The translations under genes were made by a program, and so were the position numbers. Of a DNA stretch of 64,000 nt, positions 50,218-64,000 are shown one piece after another (the stretch's first letter is position 1; every line of letters starts with the position of its first letter). Below the pieces are notes generated by a model. That model was not told where the DNA came from. It did no database searches and worked only from the letters and a program-made list of their open reading frames with translations. The DNA comes from Nemertoderma westbladi (Eukaryota > Animalia > Xenacoelomorpha), in the NCBI GenBank assembly GCA_032718475.1, contig JAUCBJ010000852.1, positions 1 through 64,000 of the forward strand, given 5' to 3'.

Positions 50218-50535
50218 CTGTTGACAGAGTAACAAATACAACAAATAACAACAAAGTACAACTAAGTACAACAAGTGCAACAAATACACAAAGTAACAAT
50301 TAAATTCAGTTAAATGGCTGTGAAACAATAACGGAACACCGTTAAGTACTACTACTACAAATAGGTCGAGTGAGCTCAATGGTCAAACATTCCGTAGACA
50401 CACAGAATAGGAATTTTATATAACGTTGATGAAAATATTGATAAAAGCAAATGAAAGTAGAACAATAAATAATGTAATTAACACGGCCAGATAGATGTAT
50501 CTCAACGTATTATATCTATCTGCCTCACATAATTA

Positions 50536-54003
<3,468 letters not shown>

Positions 54004-54081
54004 ATTACAAAAATATCCATTGTGTCAATTTCTCTGGATAATACAAACAGATTGTTCTAGAAGGTTTTTTCCCTTGCCTAC

Positions 54082-54641
54082 CTCCGGGTACACCAACGGG
54101 AACACGACCATCTCCTTGAGGGACCGGATGTGTTCCTCGAGGCCGCCGACTGAATCGGCGAAGTTTATCGACCTGTCGACGTGCATGGGGTCTACGTCGG
54201 CGAGCGAGGTCCCGATCCGAGCGCGGTCTCGTTGCACCATACCCAGGTCCCCCGCCCGGTAGTTCATCGGGAGCAGTCGCTCCCTCGCCAGTTGCATGCT
54301 CTTCGCCTTTCGCCGCTGGAAGTCGCGCTCGTCCTCCTGCGTATCGTCCGCGTCGCTGTCGGTCGAGGTCGAGCTGCCCCGGCCCGCCGAGTGTTGACGG
54401 AGACCGCGGCCAGCGGATCGGCCCAGCGGCGGACGTTTACGGAAAGCCGGCGATCGAGGCGAGTGTTTCCTTAGCAACCGGGTGTGGCGACGGTCGCTAC
54501 GCGGCTCGGAGCTCTCGTAGACCAGCCTCAGGGGGGCGTCTCTCCGCTCTCGGAGGTTGTACGTCCGACTCTCCTCCTCCTCGGAACAGCTCGACGATTC
54601 CGAAGAGGTTTCCTCGGCGTCCGACTCGCTCGGAACCGCAT
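54082..54641 (-). CDS. ATAD2: ATAD2-family exon (acidic/basic N-terminal region into AAA domain)
   Basis: tttctctttag|..EEEESRTYNLRER..DERDFQRRKAKSMQLARERLLPMN..IGTSLADVDPM..VGGLEEHIRSLKEMVVFPLVYPE|GTAGG. Confidence 0.92.
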
Positions 54642-55403
54642 CTAAAGAGAAACATCGAGACGATTAATTTAATAGTAACAGTTTTTTTTAATTTTAAAAT
54701 AGCTAGCTAATTAAAAAAAATATATTTCTAAATAAATTTCTGAATACATTTAAATTAATACCCGGTATTGATTATAGAGTTTTTGTATAACGATGTAACT
54801 AATTAGTTTATTTATCCATTGGGTTACTTAATCTATTGGGTATTGGCTTTTTTTTCCTTTGGCACTTTGGATACGACATGGGTATCTACATTTTCAAGTT
54901 TCTTTTAACCCTGTGTATTTTATGTAAAACGTATGCATTGTACATTATTAATAATATATTATGATATATTTTACTTATAAATATGTTTTGTTCTAGAACA
55001 AATAATGTTACTAGAGATGTTTTACATCAAACAGTTACGTTTTGGAGACATGGTAGCTAGTATTTTTGTACTAGCTAGTTTGTTAATTATATTTTGCATT
55101 GCCATTATTAAATATGAATTATTAATTATTGTTACTTTTTAAATATACCTAATATGGAAAAACACATAATAGGGTTGAAAAAAAAATTCCATAAACACGT
55201 TAACAAATTGTAAAAAGGTGTGCTGATCACGAATCTGAAAACCGTTTTTAAATTCATCGAGTTCCGGCTGAGATTGAGGGGTTTATACACGAGCGCGGGA
55301 AAATCTTAGTTTAAACGCTCTGATTTATTGTTCCATTTTCTGTTCCACTTTGTCGATAGGCAACGCTAACAACATTAATTAGCTAACAGCATACAGTTTA
55401 CTA

Positions 55404-55686
55404 GGCTAGAGTTCCGTACGTCCCCCCATTTTTAAAATGACTTGAATTGCCCGTGTATTGTCATTTAATGTTATGGAATTGATTTTTTATACCTATAATA
55501 TATACTATATATACTAAATATATATATATATTATATATATTATATAGTATATATATATATACTATCTATATATATACTATCTATATATACTATATACTAA
55601 TATTTGATTAGTGTCGCTCAAGAAACATGGTGTTATGGTATAGTAAAAAAATCTCGCAAAATGGGGGGACGTACGGAACTGTTCCC
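55404..55686. mobile_element. 283-bp MITE with 8-bp TSD (Merlin-like ends)
   Basis: GGCTAGAGTTCCGTACGTCCCCCCATTTT ... AAAATGGGGGGACGTACGGAACTGTTCCC; TSD GTTTACTA (55396-55403, 55687-55694); TA-rich core. Confidence 0.8.
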
Positions 55687-55989
55687 GTTTACTATTGTTT
55701 GATGTAGGCTAATTTTAGTTATAAAGATTAAGATATTTAGGGAACAGTTCCGTATGTGCCAACATTTTCATTGTTTTTTTTTCAACAAATTGTCATGCTT
55801 TTTTGTCAAGTTTTTCTCTTGATAAATGTTCTAGAACGTATATTGAGTGTTCTAGAACTTAAAAAAAATGTTCTAGAACATTTTAATTATGAATTTTCGA
55901 GAAAATAAATCACTTACTCTTAAAAGGAAAATTATTAAAAAAATTGTTCAATTTTAAAATTGTTTATGCTATTTTTCCTGCTTTTATTA

Positions 55990-58900
55990 CTAGAAAGGCA
56001 TTTCCTAAAGGAAATGCAACAACGAAGTTAAGGAAAATTAGACACTCTTTGACTCATCAGTTCATTGATTTACCGAGTTAAAAGAACTCCCGGTATTGCC
56101 AAGGTAACTGGACTTTTCTAGAAATGCTGAGTTTTACATTAAGATCTAGTTTGTGGTTCCAGGTTACACATCGACTTCAAGGAAGCTTCATTGAGTAGTT
56201 TATGTGCAAAATTAATTATTAATTTGTTAAAAAGTCTGTTTGCAGTGGTTGTCAAGGTAACTGGCAAATAGAACAACGTAGATTGGATGCAGAATAAGTG
56301 ATATTATGGTGGTAGGGGTTGGTCCCAAGTCATAATGCCTTTAACTTGTGTTTCTAATTATAATTTTTTAAATTATAACATCTGTTTAGCCTGTAACTGG
56401 ATTTTCTAATTAACCACAATTGGCTCCTCTAAGGACCTTCCTTATAGTTGAGTTGGGAAACCCAATATTTATATCTAATACAGTTTTCCTACAAACAAGA
56501 GTTAAAAATATAGACTAATTTCTGATTATGTGTTTCTAATTATAATTTTTTAAATTATAACATCTGTTTAGCCTGGTTACCAAGGTAACTGGATTTTCTA
56601 ATTAACCACAATTGGCTCCTCTAAGGACCTTCCTTATAGTTGAGTTGGGAAACCCAATATTTATATCTAATACAGTTTTCCTACAAACAAGAGTTAAAAA
56701 TATAGACTTGAATGATATTGACTTTAATAAGCTCCAGTTACCATGGTAACTAGATATTTCTGGAATGTTTTGAGTTTCACTAAAAGTTCCAACTAGTGGT
56801 CCAGATAACACATACCCAGTTTTGTAAAATTTTATCGTGAAGTCTATGTCCAAATGAATAATTGTTGTATAAAAACATCTGTTTTCAGCGGTTGTCATGG
56901 TAACTGCAAAATAGAACAATCAAATTCGGACGCAGAATAAGTTATATAGTGGGGGTAGGGATTGGTCCCAAGTCATCACACCTTAACCTTAGGCTTCAAA
57001 TTAACATTTTAAAAATTTTAACATCTGTTTAGCCCGGTTGCCAAGGTAACTGGATTTTCTATTTAACCTCAATCGGCTCTGCTATGGACCTTATAGTTGT
57101 GTTGAGAAACCCCAAGTTTATATGTATTATAGTTTTCCTACAAATAGAGTTACAAATATTGACTTGAAATACATAGACTTTTTTCTAAGTCCGTTGCCAT
57201 GGAAACCAGATTTTTCCTGGATATGAGACCCATCCCACACGACGCGCCTTGATGAGTTGTATATACATGCAAAATTTCAGGGTACTTTTAAAGGCTAGTT
57301 TTTTCACCTATCAAAAAACACTAAATCTGCTCCATACAAGTAAAACAGCCCACTATGAATAGACCATCTCAGCTAAGGAAAATCTTTCTTAGCGAAAGTA
57401 GTTGATTTTCCTTAGCTTCGTGGATATTGACAAGAGATACAGACCATTTATTCAATGTTCTAGAACATGTACCAAATGTTCTAGAACATTTTTATTATAA
57501 ATTTTGGAGAAAAAAGAATATTCTAGAATACGAGAAAGGCATTTCCTAAAGGAAATGCAACCACGAAGCTAAGGAAAATTAAACAAACGGCCACAATTTG
57601 GTTCGTTGCTTAGCCTAGTTTAGTAGCATTTGCCAATAAATAACTTCTATTCCCATGGAAACTAGAGTTCTCTGGAACTGTTGGTTTTACCTTTGAAAAA
57701 AGATTCAGTCCAGATTGTTTTTCAGATAACACATCGAGTTTCAGAAAATATTGTAGTTTATGTCCAAATTACAGATTTTCTATCAAAATGCATCTGTTTG
57801 CAGTGGTTGTCATGGAAACTGAAAAATAGAACAATGTAATTCGGATGCAGAATAAGTCATATAGTGGGGGTAGGTGTTGGTCCCAAGTCATAATACTATT
57901 AAATTGTGCTTCAAATTATCATTTTATTAATTTTAACATCTGTTTACTCTTGTTGCTATGGTAAATGGATTTTCTAATTAACTTCGAACGGCTTGTATAT
58001 GGACCTTATAGATGAGTTGCAAAACCCCAAGTTTATATATATTACAGTTTTTCTCCAAATAGAGTTATGATTATAGACTTGAATGATATATAACTTTAAA
58101 AAAACTACAGTTACCATGGTAACTAGATATTTCTGGAATGTTTTGAGTTTCACTAAAAGTTCCAACTAGTGGTCCAGATAACACATACCTAGTTTCGTAA
58201 AATTTTATCGTGAAGTCTATGTACAAATGAATAATTTTCGTATAAAAACATCTGTTTTCAGCGGTTGTCAAGGTAACTGCAAAATAGAACAATCAAATTC
58301 GGACGCAGAATAAGTTATATAGTGGGGGTAGGGATTGGTCCCAAGTCATCACACCTTAACCTTAGGCTTCAAATTAACATTTTAAAAATTTTAACATCTG
58401 TTTAGCCCGGTTGCCAAGGTAACTGGATTTTCTATTTAACCTCAATCGGCTCTGCTATGGACCTTATAGTTGTGTTGAGAAACCCCAAGTTTATATGTAT
58501 TATAGTTTTCCTACAAATAGAGTTACAAATATTGACTTGAAATACATAGACTTTTTTCTAAGTCCGTTGCCATGGAAACCAGATTTTTCCTGGATATGAG
58601 ACCCATCCCACACGACGCGCCTTGATGAGTAGTATATACATGCAAAATTTCAGGGTACTTTTAAAGGCTAGTTTTTTCCCCGACCAAAAAACCCCAAATC
58701 TGCCTCCATACAAGTAAAATAGCCCACTATGAATAGACCATCTCAGCTAAGGAAAATCTTTCTTAGCGAAAGTAGTTGATTTTCCTTAGCTTCGTGGATC
58801 TTAAGAATATTATGATTGTTTATAGAACCAATGGAATCGACTATTATACTAGAAAGGCATTTCCTAAAGGAAATGCAACCACGAAGCTAAGGAAAATTAA

Positions 58901-60112
58901 ACAAACGGCCACAATTTGGTTCGTTGCTTAGCCTAGTTTAGTAGCATTTGCCAATAAATAACTTCTATTCCCATGGAAACTAGAGTTCTCTGGAACTGTT
59001 GGTTTTACCTTTGAAAAAAGATTCAGTCCAGATTGTTTTTCAGATAACACATCGAGTTTCAGAAAATATTGTAGTTTATGTCCAAATTACAGATTTTCTA
59101 TCAAAATGCATCTGTTTGCAGTGGTTGTCATGGAAACTGAAAAATAGAACAATGTAATTCGGATGCAGAATAAGTCATATAGTGGGGGTAGGTGTTGGTC
59201 CCAAGTCATAATACTATTAAATTGTGCTTCAAATTATCATTTTATTAATTTTAACATCTGTTTACTCTTGTTGCTATGGTAAATGGATTTTCTAATTAAC
59301 TTCGAACGGCTTGTATATGGACCTTATAGATGAGTTACAAAACCCCAAGTTTATATATATTACAGTTTTGCTAGAAATAGAGTTATCAATATAGACTTGA
59401 ATGATATAGAGTTTAATAAACTACAGTTACCATGGTAACTAAATTTCTGGAATGATTTAAGTTTCACTAAAAGTTCCAACTAGTGGTGCAGATAACACAT
59501 ACCCAGTTTTGTAAAATTTTATCGCGAAGTCTATGTCCAAATGAATAATTTTTGTATAAAAACATCTGTTTTCGGCTGTTGTCATGGTAACTGAAAAATA
59601 GAACAATGTAATTCGGATGCAGAATAAGTTATATAGTGGGGGTAGGGGTTGGTCTCAAGTCATAACACCTTGCCCTTAGGCCTCAAATTATCATTTTATA
59701 AATTTTAACATCTGTTTATCCCGGTTGCCAACGTAACTGGATTTTCTATTTAGCCTCAATCGGATCTGCTATGGACCTTATAGTTGTGTTGCAAAACCCC
59801 AAGTTTAAATCTATTATAGTTTTCCTACAAATAGAGTTATAAATATTGACTTGAAATACATAGACTTTTTTTGAAGTCCGTTGCCATGGAAACCAGATTT
59901 TTCCTGGATATGAGACCCGGCCCAAAAGATGCGCCTCGCCGAGTAGTATATACATGCAAAATTCCAGGGTACTTTTAAAGGCTAGTTTTTTCGCCTATCA
60001 AAAAACCCCAAATCTGCCTCACACAAGTAAAATAGCCCACTATGAATAGACCATCTCAGCTAAGGAAAATCTTTCTTAGCGAAAGTAGTTGATTTTCCTT
60101 AGCTTCGTGGAT
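55990..60112 (-). mobile_element. Three copies of a non-autonomous Helentron/HINE(DINE-1)-like element: 55990-57425, 57531-58799, 58849-60112
   Basis: Each has asymmetric subterminal inverted repeats (ccacgaagctaaggaaaat / attttccttagcttcgtgg), a terminal hairpin gcatttcctaaaggaaatgc next to CTAG, no TSD, and internal ~480-bp subrepeats. Confidence 0.7.
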
Positions 60113-60821
60113 ATTAGTATGGCCTGTGACCCCACTTTTTGATGAAAAAAACGAACTAGATAGTCTATTTAGATAGAGTCTAACTAAACTGAAAAAAACT
60201 AACTAGATAGAACGATCTATTGCGATGTTCCAGAATGTTATTTGACAGTTGCCATGGTTACCATTTTGGTTGGAATCACTAATAAAATATTCCCTTGGAG
60301 TTGCAAAGACGAAAGTGGAACGTATTCGCACATCAGTGTAAAACACTGTACAAAGGGTAAAGGAAGATTCGTGAACCCTGTAAATGGCGCTCATACCCAG
60401 AGGATAGAAGGGATGTGGGGACATGCCAAGCTAGGCTTGATGAGGAACAAGAGAGGAATCAATAAGAACCTGTTACAGAATCATCTCGCTGAATTTTGGT
60501 GGCGAAATTACAACAGGGAGGCCCCATTCAGCAAACTAATAACACTAATAAACAATAGCGAATTATAGAAATCTGTTTAATTCAGTTCAAAAACAAAAGA
60601 CTAATCAATTTACATTGTTATATTCATTAAATAACATATTAGATTAACCTTCAATAAATCATTATTTACAACACTTGGTTACCATAGCAACACAAGAAAA
60701 ATGTTCCAGAATGTAGAACTTGAGTGGGGCAAACATAATACCAACATATGTAGCTAGTATATCATAAATTACTAGCTAGTTTTTTTCATCAAAAAGTGAG
60801 GTCACAGGCCATACTAATACC
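60112..60821 (+). mobile_element. Internally deleted Merlin (IS1016/ISXO2-like) transposon
   Basis: FVNPVNGAHTQRIEGMWGHAK..HLAEFWWR (60242-60568); TIRs tattagtatggcctgtgaccccactttttgatgaaaaaa / ttttttcatcaaaaagtgaggtcacaggccatactaatacc. Confidence 0.85.
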
Positions 60822-61855
60822 ATACAGAACAACTAACTATAACGATAGCATTCCAAAACATTTTTTAAAATGTTAGCTAGGGCTATAGCTATAGATATAA
60901 CTAGGCCTATAGGCTATAGACTATAGGCGGCTATAGCTATAGATATAAATCACTAGCTATAATTGTAAATTATTACTTGAGTACATAAAATTACTAGATA
61001 TATGTTAATTATACAAAAAAGTGTTAAAAAAAACAAAACAATACAATTTTTTTTTAAATGTTCTAGAATAAAAAATGATATGTTCTAGAACATTATTTAA
61101 CAAAAAAATAATTCGAAATATCCTAGAATACTTCACACTAACATTAAAAAGTAGTAGCTAGTAAACTAAACACATTTTAGAGCAAACTGAAAATGTGGCC
61201 GTACGGAACTCTAGCCGATATTTATATTATTAGTTATAGACACAACAATGTAATGTTAATTGTTTGAGATTATTTGTATTCGTTTGTAGCGGCACTGTAG
61301 GGGTTGTCTTACCTCGTATTATCGGCCTACTGTATTTACGAATGTTATTAGGGCTACAAGTTTTGGACCTTATTCTGTTTAAACCCAATTCTGGGCTAGA
61401 TTTAGCGATTATTGGGTGAAATTAGCTATTTATAACCCATGTTCTGGAACATTACTAGAAATTTTTTTATGGTAGCAAGTGTTTTTTTTATTAGCTAGTA
61501 TTTTTTGAAATTATAATAAAATTTATTTTTATCGGATTTTTGATATGGCGAAGTAGTACCGTAGGTACCCATGTCGTATAAGTGCATAATAATGGTACCC
61601 TGGCCTTTAATATCTCATGGAATCCGTATATTTTTACTTTTCTCCTATTCTGTCAGTTTTTCGGATAATTTATCTTCACAGTTAATGCACTCCTCACACA
61701 ATGCTCTCTCTGGCGTCGTATAATTATCTTATTTTTCTCCGTAACTGTCTTTCTTTTCATTGCCTTAATTTGACTTTTGTGCATTTCGCACCTCTAATTT
61801 TTTTATAATTTTTTTAATTACTAGCAATTTTAAATTTGAAAAATAATTAGCGGAA

Positions 61856-62284
61856 TTAGTGTGGCCTGTGTGCCCAGTTTTTGATCAATTTATTTCATGT
61901 GAAAATTACTATTATCGTAAAGTTTTTTTGTTCTAGAACAAAAATTTGACCTTTTTTGTTAGTTTTATAACATTTATAAAAAATGTTGAAAAAACTAGCT
62001 AGTATAAAAAATAAATAAAATATGTGTTCTAGAACAAAGAAAGTGTTCTAGAAAAAAATATTTTTCTAAATTGATAACTAACACGTGTTCTATAACAATT
62101 ATAAAAAAAGTTGAAAGAACTATAGCTAGTATAAAAAATAAAAAATGTTTTCTAGAGTGTTCTAGAACAAAAATATTTATCAAAATTGATAACTAACAAG
62201 AGTGTTCTATAACATTTATAAAAACAATTAGCTATTAGGGCCTAATGCTTATGCTACAACAATGGGCACCCAGGCCACACTAAT
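61856..62284. mobile_element. Probable small MITE with Merlin-related TIRs
   Basis: attagtgtggcctgtgtgccca ... tgggcacccaggccacactaat; TSD not clear. Confidence 0.5.
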
Positions 62285-63208
62285 GCGTAGGCCTAATTAG
62301 CTACATGTTCTAGAACATTATATTTTTTATTTTATTTATGTTCTAGAATAGTTTTTAATATTTATATTTTGTTCTAGAACTCTACAATGTTGCCATGGTA
62401 AAAATGATTTATGTTATAAAAATGTAGTGCTATACGGAGCTGTTACACAAATTACAAAAACAAGATTTATTAATTATTTCTATTGGGAGAATTCAATAAA
62501 CTAATATAAACTAAAATAAACTAAAATAAATTTTTTTAAAAGCCTTTTTCATATGAAAAAAAAAACTGTCAAAATGTGGTACTACTTTGGCTGAATTTAA
62601 ACGTTATTTGTTGAAATCTAATATCAATTAATAGCTGCGTTCTAGAACACAGCGTTGTAGAACACAGCGTTCTAGAACACAGCGTTCTAGAACACAGCGT
62701 TCTAGAACAAACCTTCTTGTTTTAAAAATTTACTTTTAGGGCACAATCAAACGTGAAATAATTTCATAAAAACACATTTAACATTTAAAATAAAAAAGTA
62801 CGATGAAAATGGTGACCGAAGGTAACTAATGCCCCTTAGATTACTGGTCGTATGATCGTCCTCCTAATATTTTATCATAGCTACTACGGCTAGATGTGTT
62901 ACTATTGTATGACAAGTGTTCAGGGATATATTATAGCTAGTAATTAAAAAAAGGCTATAAGGCAAATATTTATAAAGAATTTGGATTTATACAAATTTGG
63001 GATGGTTAAAAGCAGTTAACACAAACAGATGTTGGTATTATTTAACACTGAAATTACATACAATTGGGTTTCTCTGTGGATTTGCGAGGATTTTGCTTGA
63101 GTCTTTCCGCGATAGATAGACACTGAATGGCCCTAGAAGGTCTTCGGACTACCAGATTATTTACTGTTGAATTCGACATTATGTTACGTTCTTATAATCA
63201 AATCAATT

Positions 63209-63325
63209 GCTTTAATACTATAACGGTAGAGGATTATGCTTTAATACTATAACGGTAGAGGATTATGCTTTAATACTATAACGGTAGAGGATTATGCTTT
63301 AATACTATAACGGTAGATGATTATG
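63209..63325. repeat. 29-bp tandem repeat x4
   Basis: gctttaatactataacggtagaggattat. Confidence 0.9.
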
Positions 63326-63780
63326 ATAAATACCGCAGTAGAATAATTTACCCTACAAATTATTAGAAATTACTTCCAACGCTACAATCTAAATCAAATT
63401 ATATATTCCAGAACATTAACTTTCCAAGGCAACTAACTATTTATTACAACTAGCCCTTTGGGATAGTAAACTAAGATTTATAATTAATTCCGGCCCATTT
63501 AATATTAAATACGGTTTAAATATTAAAATTACTTAAGTGTCGCAGTGCCCGAGTGAATACGGCGCCTGAACTGCAGAACTAAAACTTACAAGGACTGATT
63601 TACGAAAAATGTGGGGGGGGGGGGGGGGGGGCTACATCCAGAACACATCCTGCGTCTTTGTTGTCTACCGCTAGAGGGAGAAAATGGTCCGAAAGTAATA
63701 ACATTCTCAATTTCGGTGATCTTAACCTGTTTAAGCTGAAATTTGGCATATGTGTACTAGAAAACTTTGCGTCTTTGTCG

Positions 63781-64000
63781 GACGGAACTCTATCTACACT
63801 TAGTACAGTTTGCTGCTCGAAGGAGACGGAACTCTATCTACACTTAGTACAGTTTGCTGCTCGAAGGAGACGGAACTCTATCTACACTTAGTACAGTTTG
63901 CTGCTCGAAGGAGACGGAACTCTATCTACACTTAGTACAGTTTGCTACTCGATGGAGACGGAACTCTATCTACACTTAGTACAGTTTGCTGCTCGAAGGA
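63781..64000. repeat. 44-bp tandem repeat x5, runs off the window end
   Basis: gacggaactctatctacacttagtacagtttgctgctcgaagga. Confidence 0.92.

Larger units (their letters stand above)
55740..61216. mobile_element. Related MITE expanded to 5.5 kb by nested insertions
   Basis: GGGAACAGTTCCGTATGTGCCAACATTTTCA ... TGAAAATGTGGCCGTACGGAACTCTAGCC; perfect 8-bp TSD GATATTTA (55732-55739, 61217-61224). Confidence 0.78.

Noticed and set aside
49956-50261. 101-aa ORF as a stand-alone gene
   Set aside because: It is an ATAD2 exon read through into flanking intron and repeat sequence.
56602-59955. Short repeated ORFs (MFYFAVT...) in the 1.3-kb repeats
   Set aside because: Not conserved in length between copies, no domains; non-coding repeat.

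Overview
Eukaryotic (animal, probably invertebrate; inferred from the transposon repertoire and spliceosomal introns) AT-rich genomic window made almost entirely of mobile and viral DNA plus four exons of one host gene. Left to right: a decayed Polinton/adintovirus-type protein-primed DNA polymerase B; a deleted BEL/Pao gag-protease; an unidentified decayed ORF; a frameshifted piggyBac; a complete 7.5-kb IS3EU-like transposon (6-bp TSD, minisatellite-filled TIRs, intron-containing DDE transposase plus a HECT-ligase-like passenger gene) that splits an SGNH-hydrolase ORF; MITEs; Penelope-like GIY-YIG fragments with hammerhead ribozymes; a second piggyBac; an R2-like ZnF-Myb 5' fragment; an essentially full-length endogenised orthomyxo-like (Articulavirales) PB1 polymerase segment that still begins with a segment-terminus-like AGCAATAGCAAG; an intact hATm transposon; a 7-kb 16-bp satellite; four minus-strand exons of an ATAD2-family AAA+ ATPase, with one intron carrying ~58 tandem copies of its own splice donor and another ~105 identical tandem copies of its own splice acceptor; and a nested Merlin-type/Helentron-type MITE complex. 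Best candidates for novelty are the PB1 endogenous viral element and the splice-site satellite arrays in ATAD2. All family assignments are by motif recognition, with no database search.
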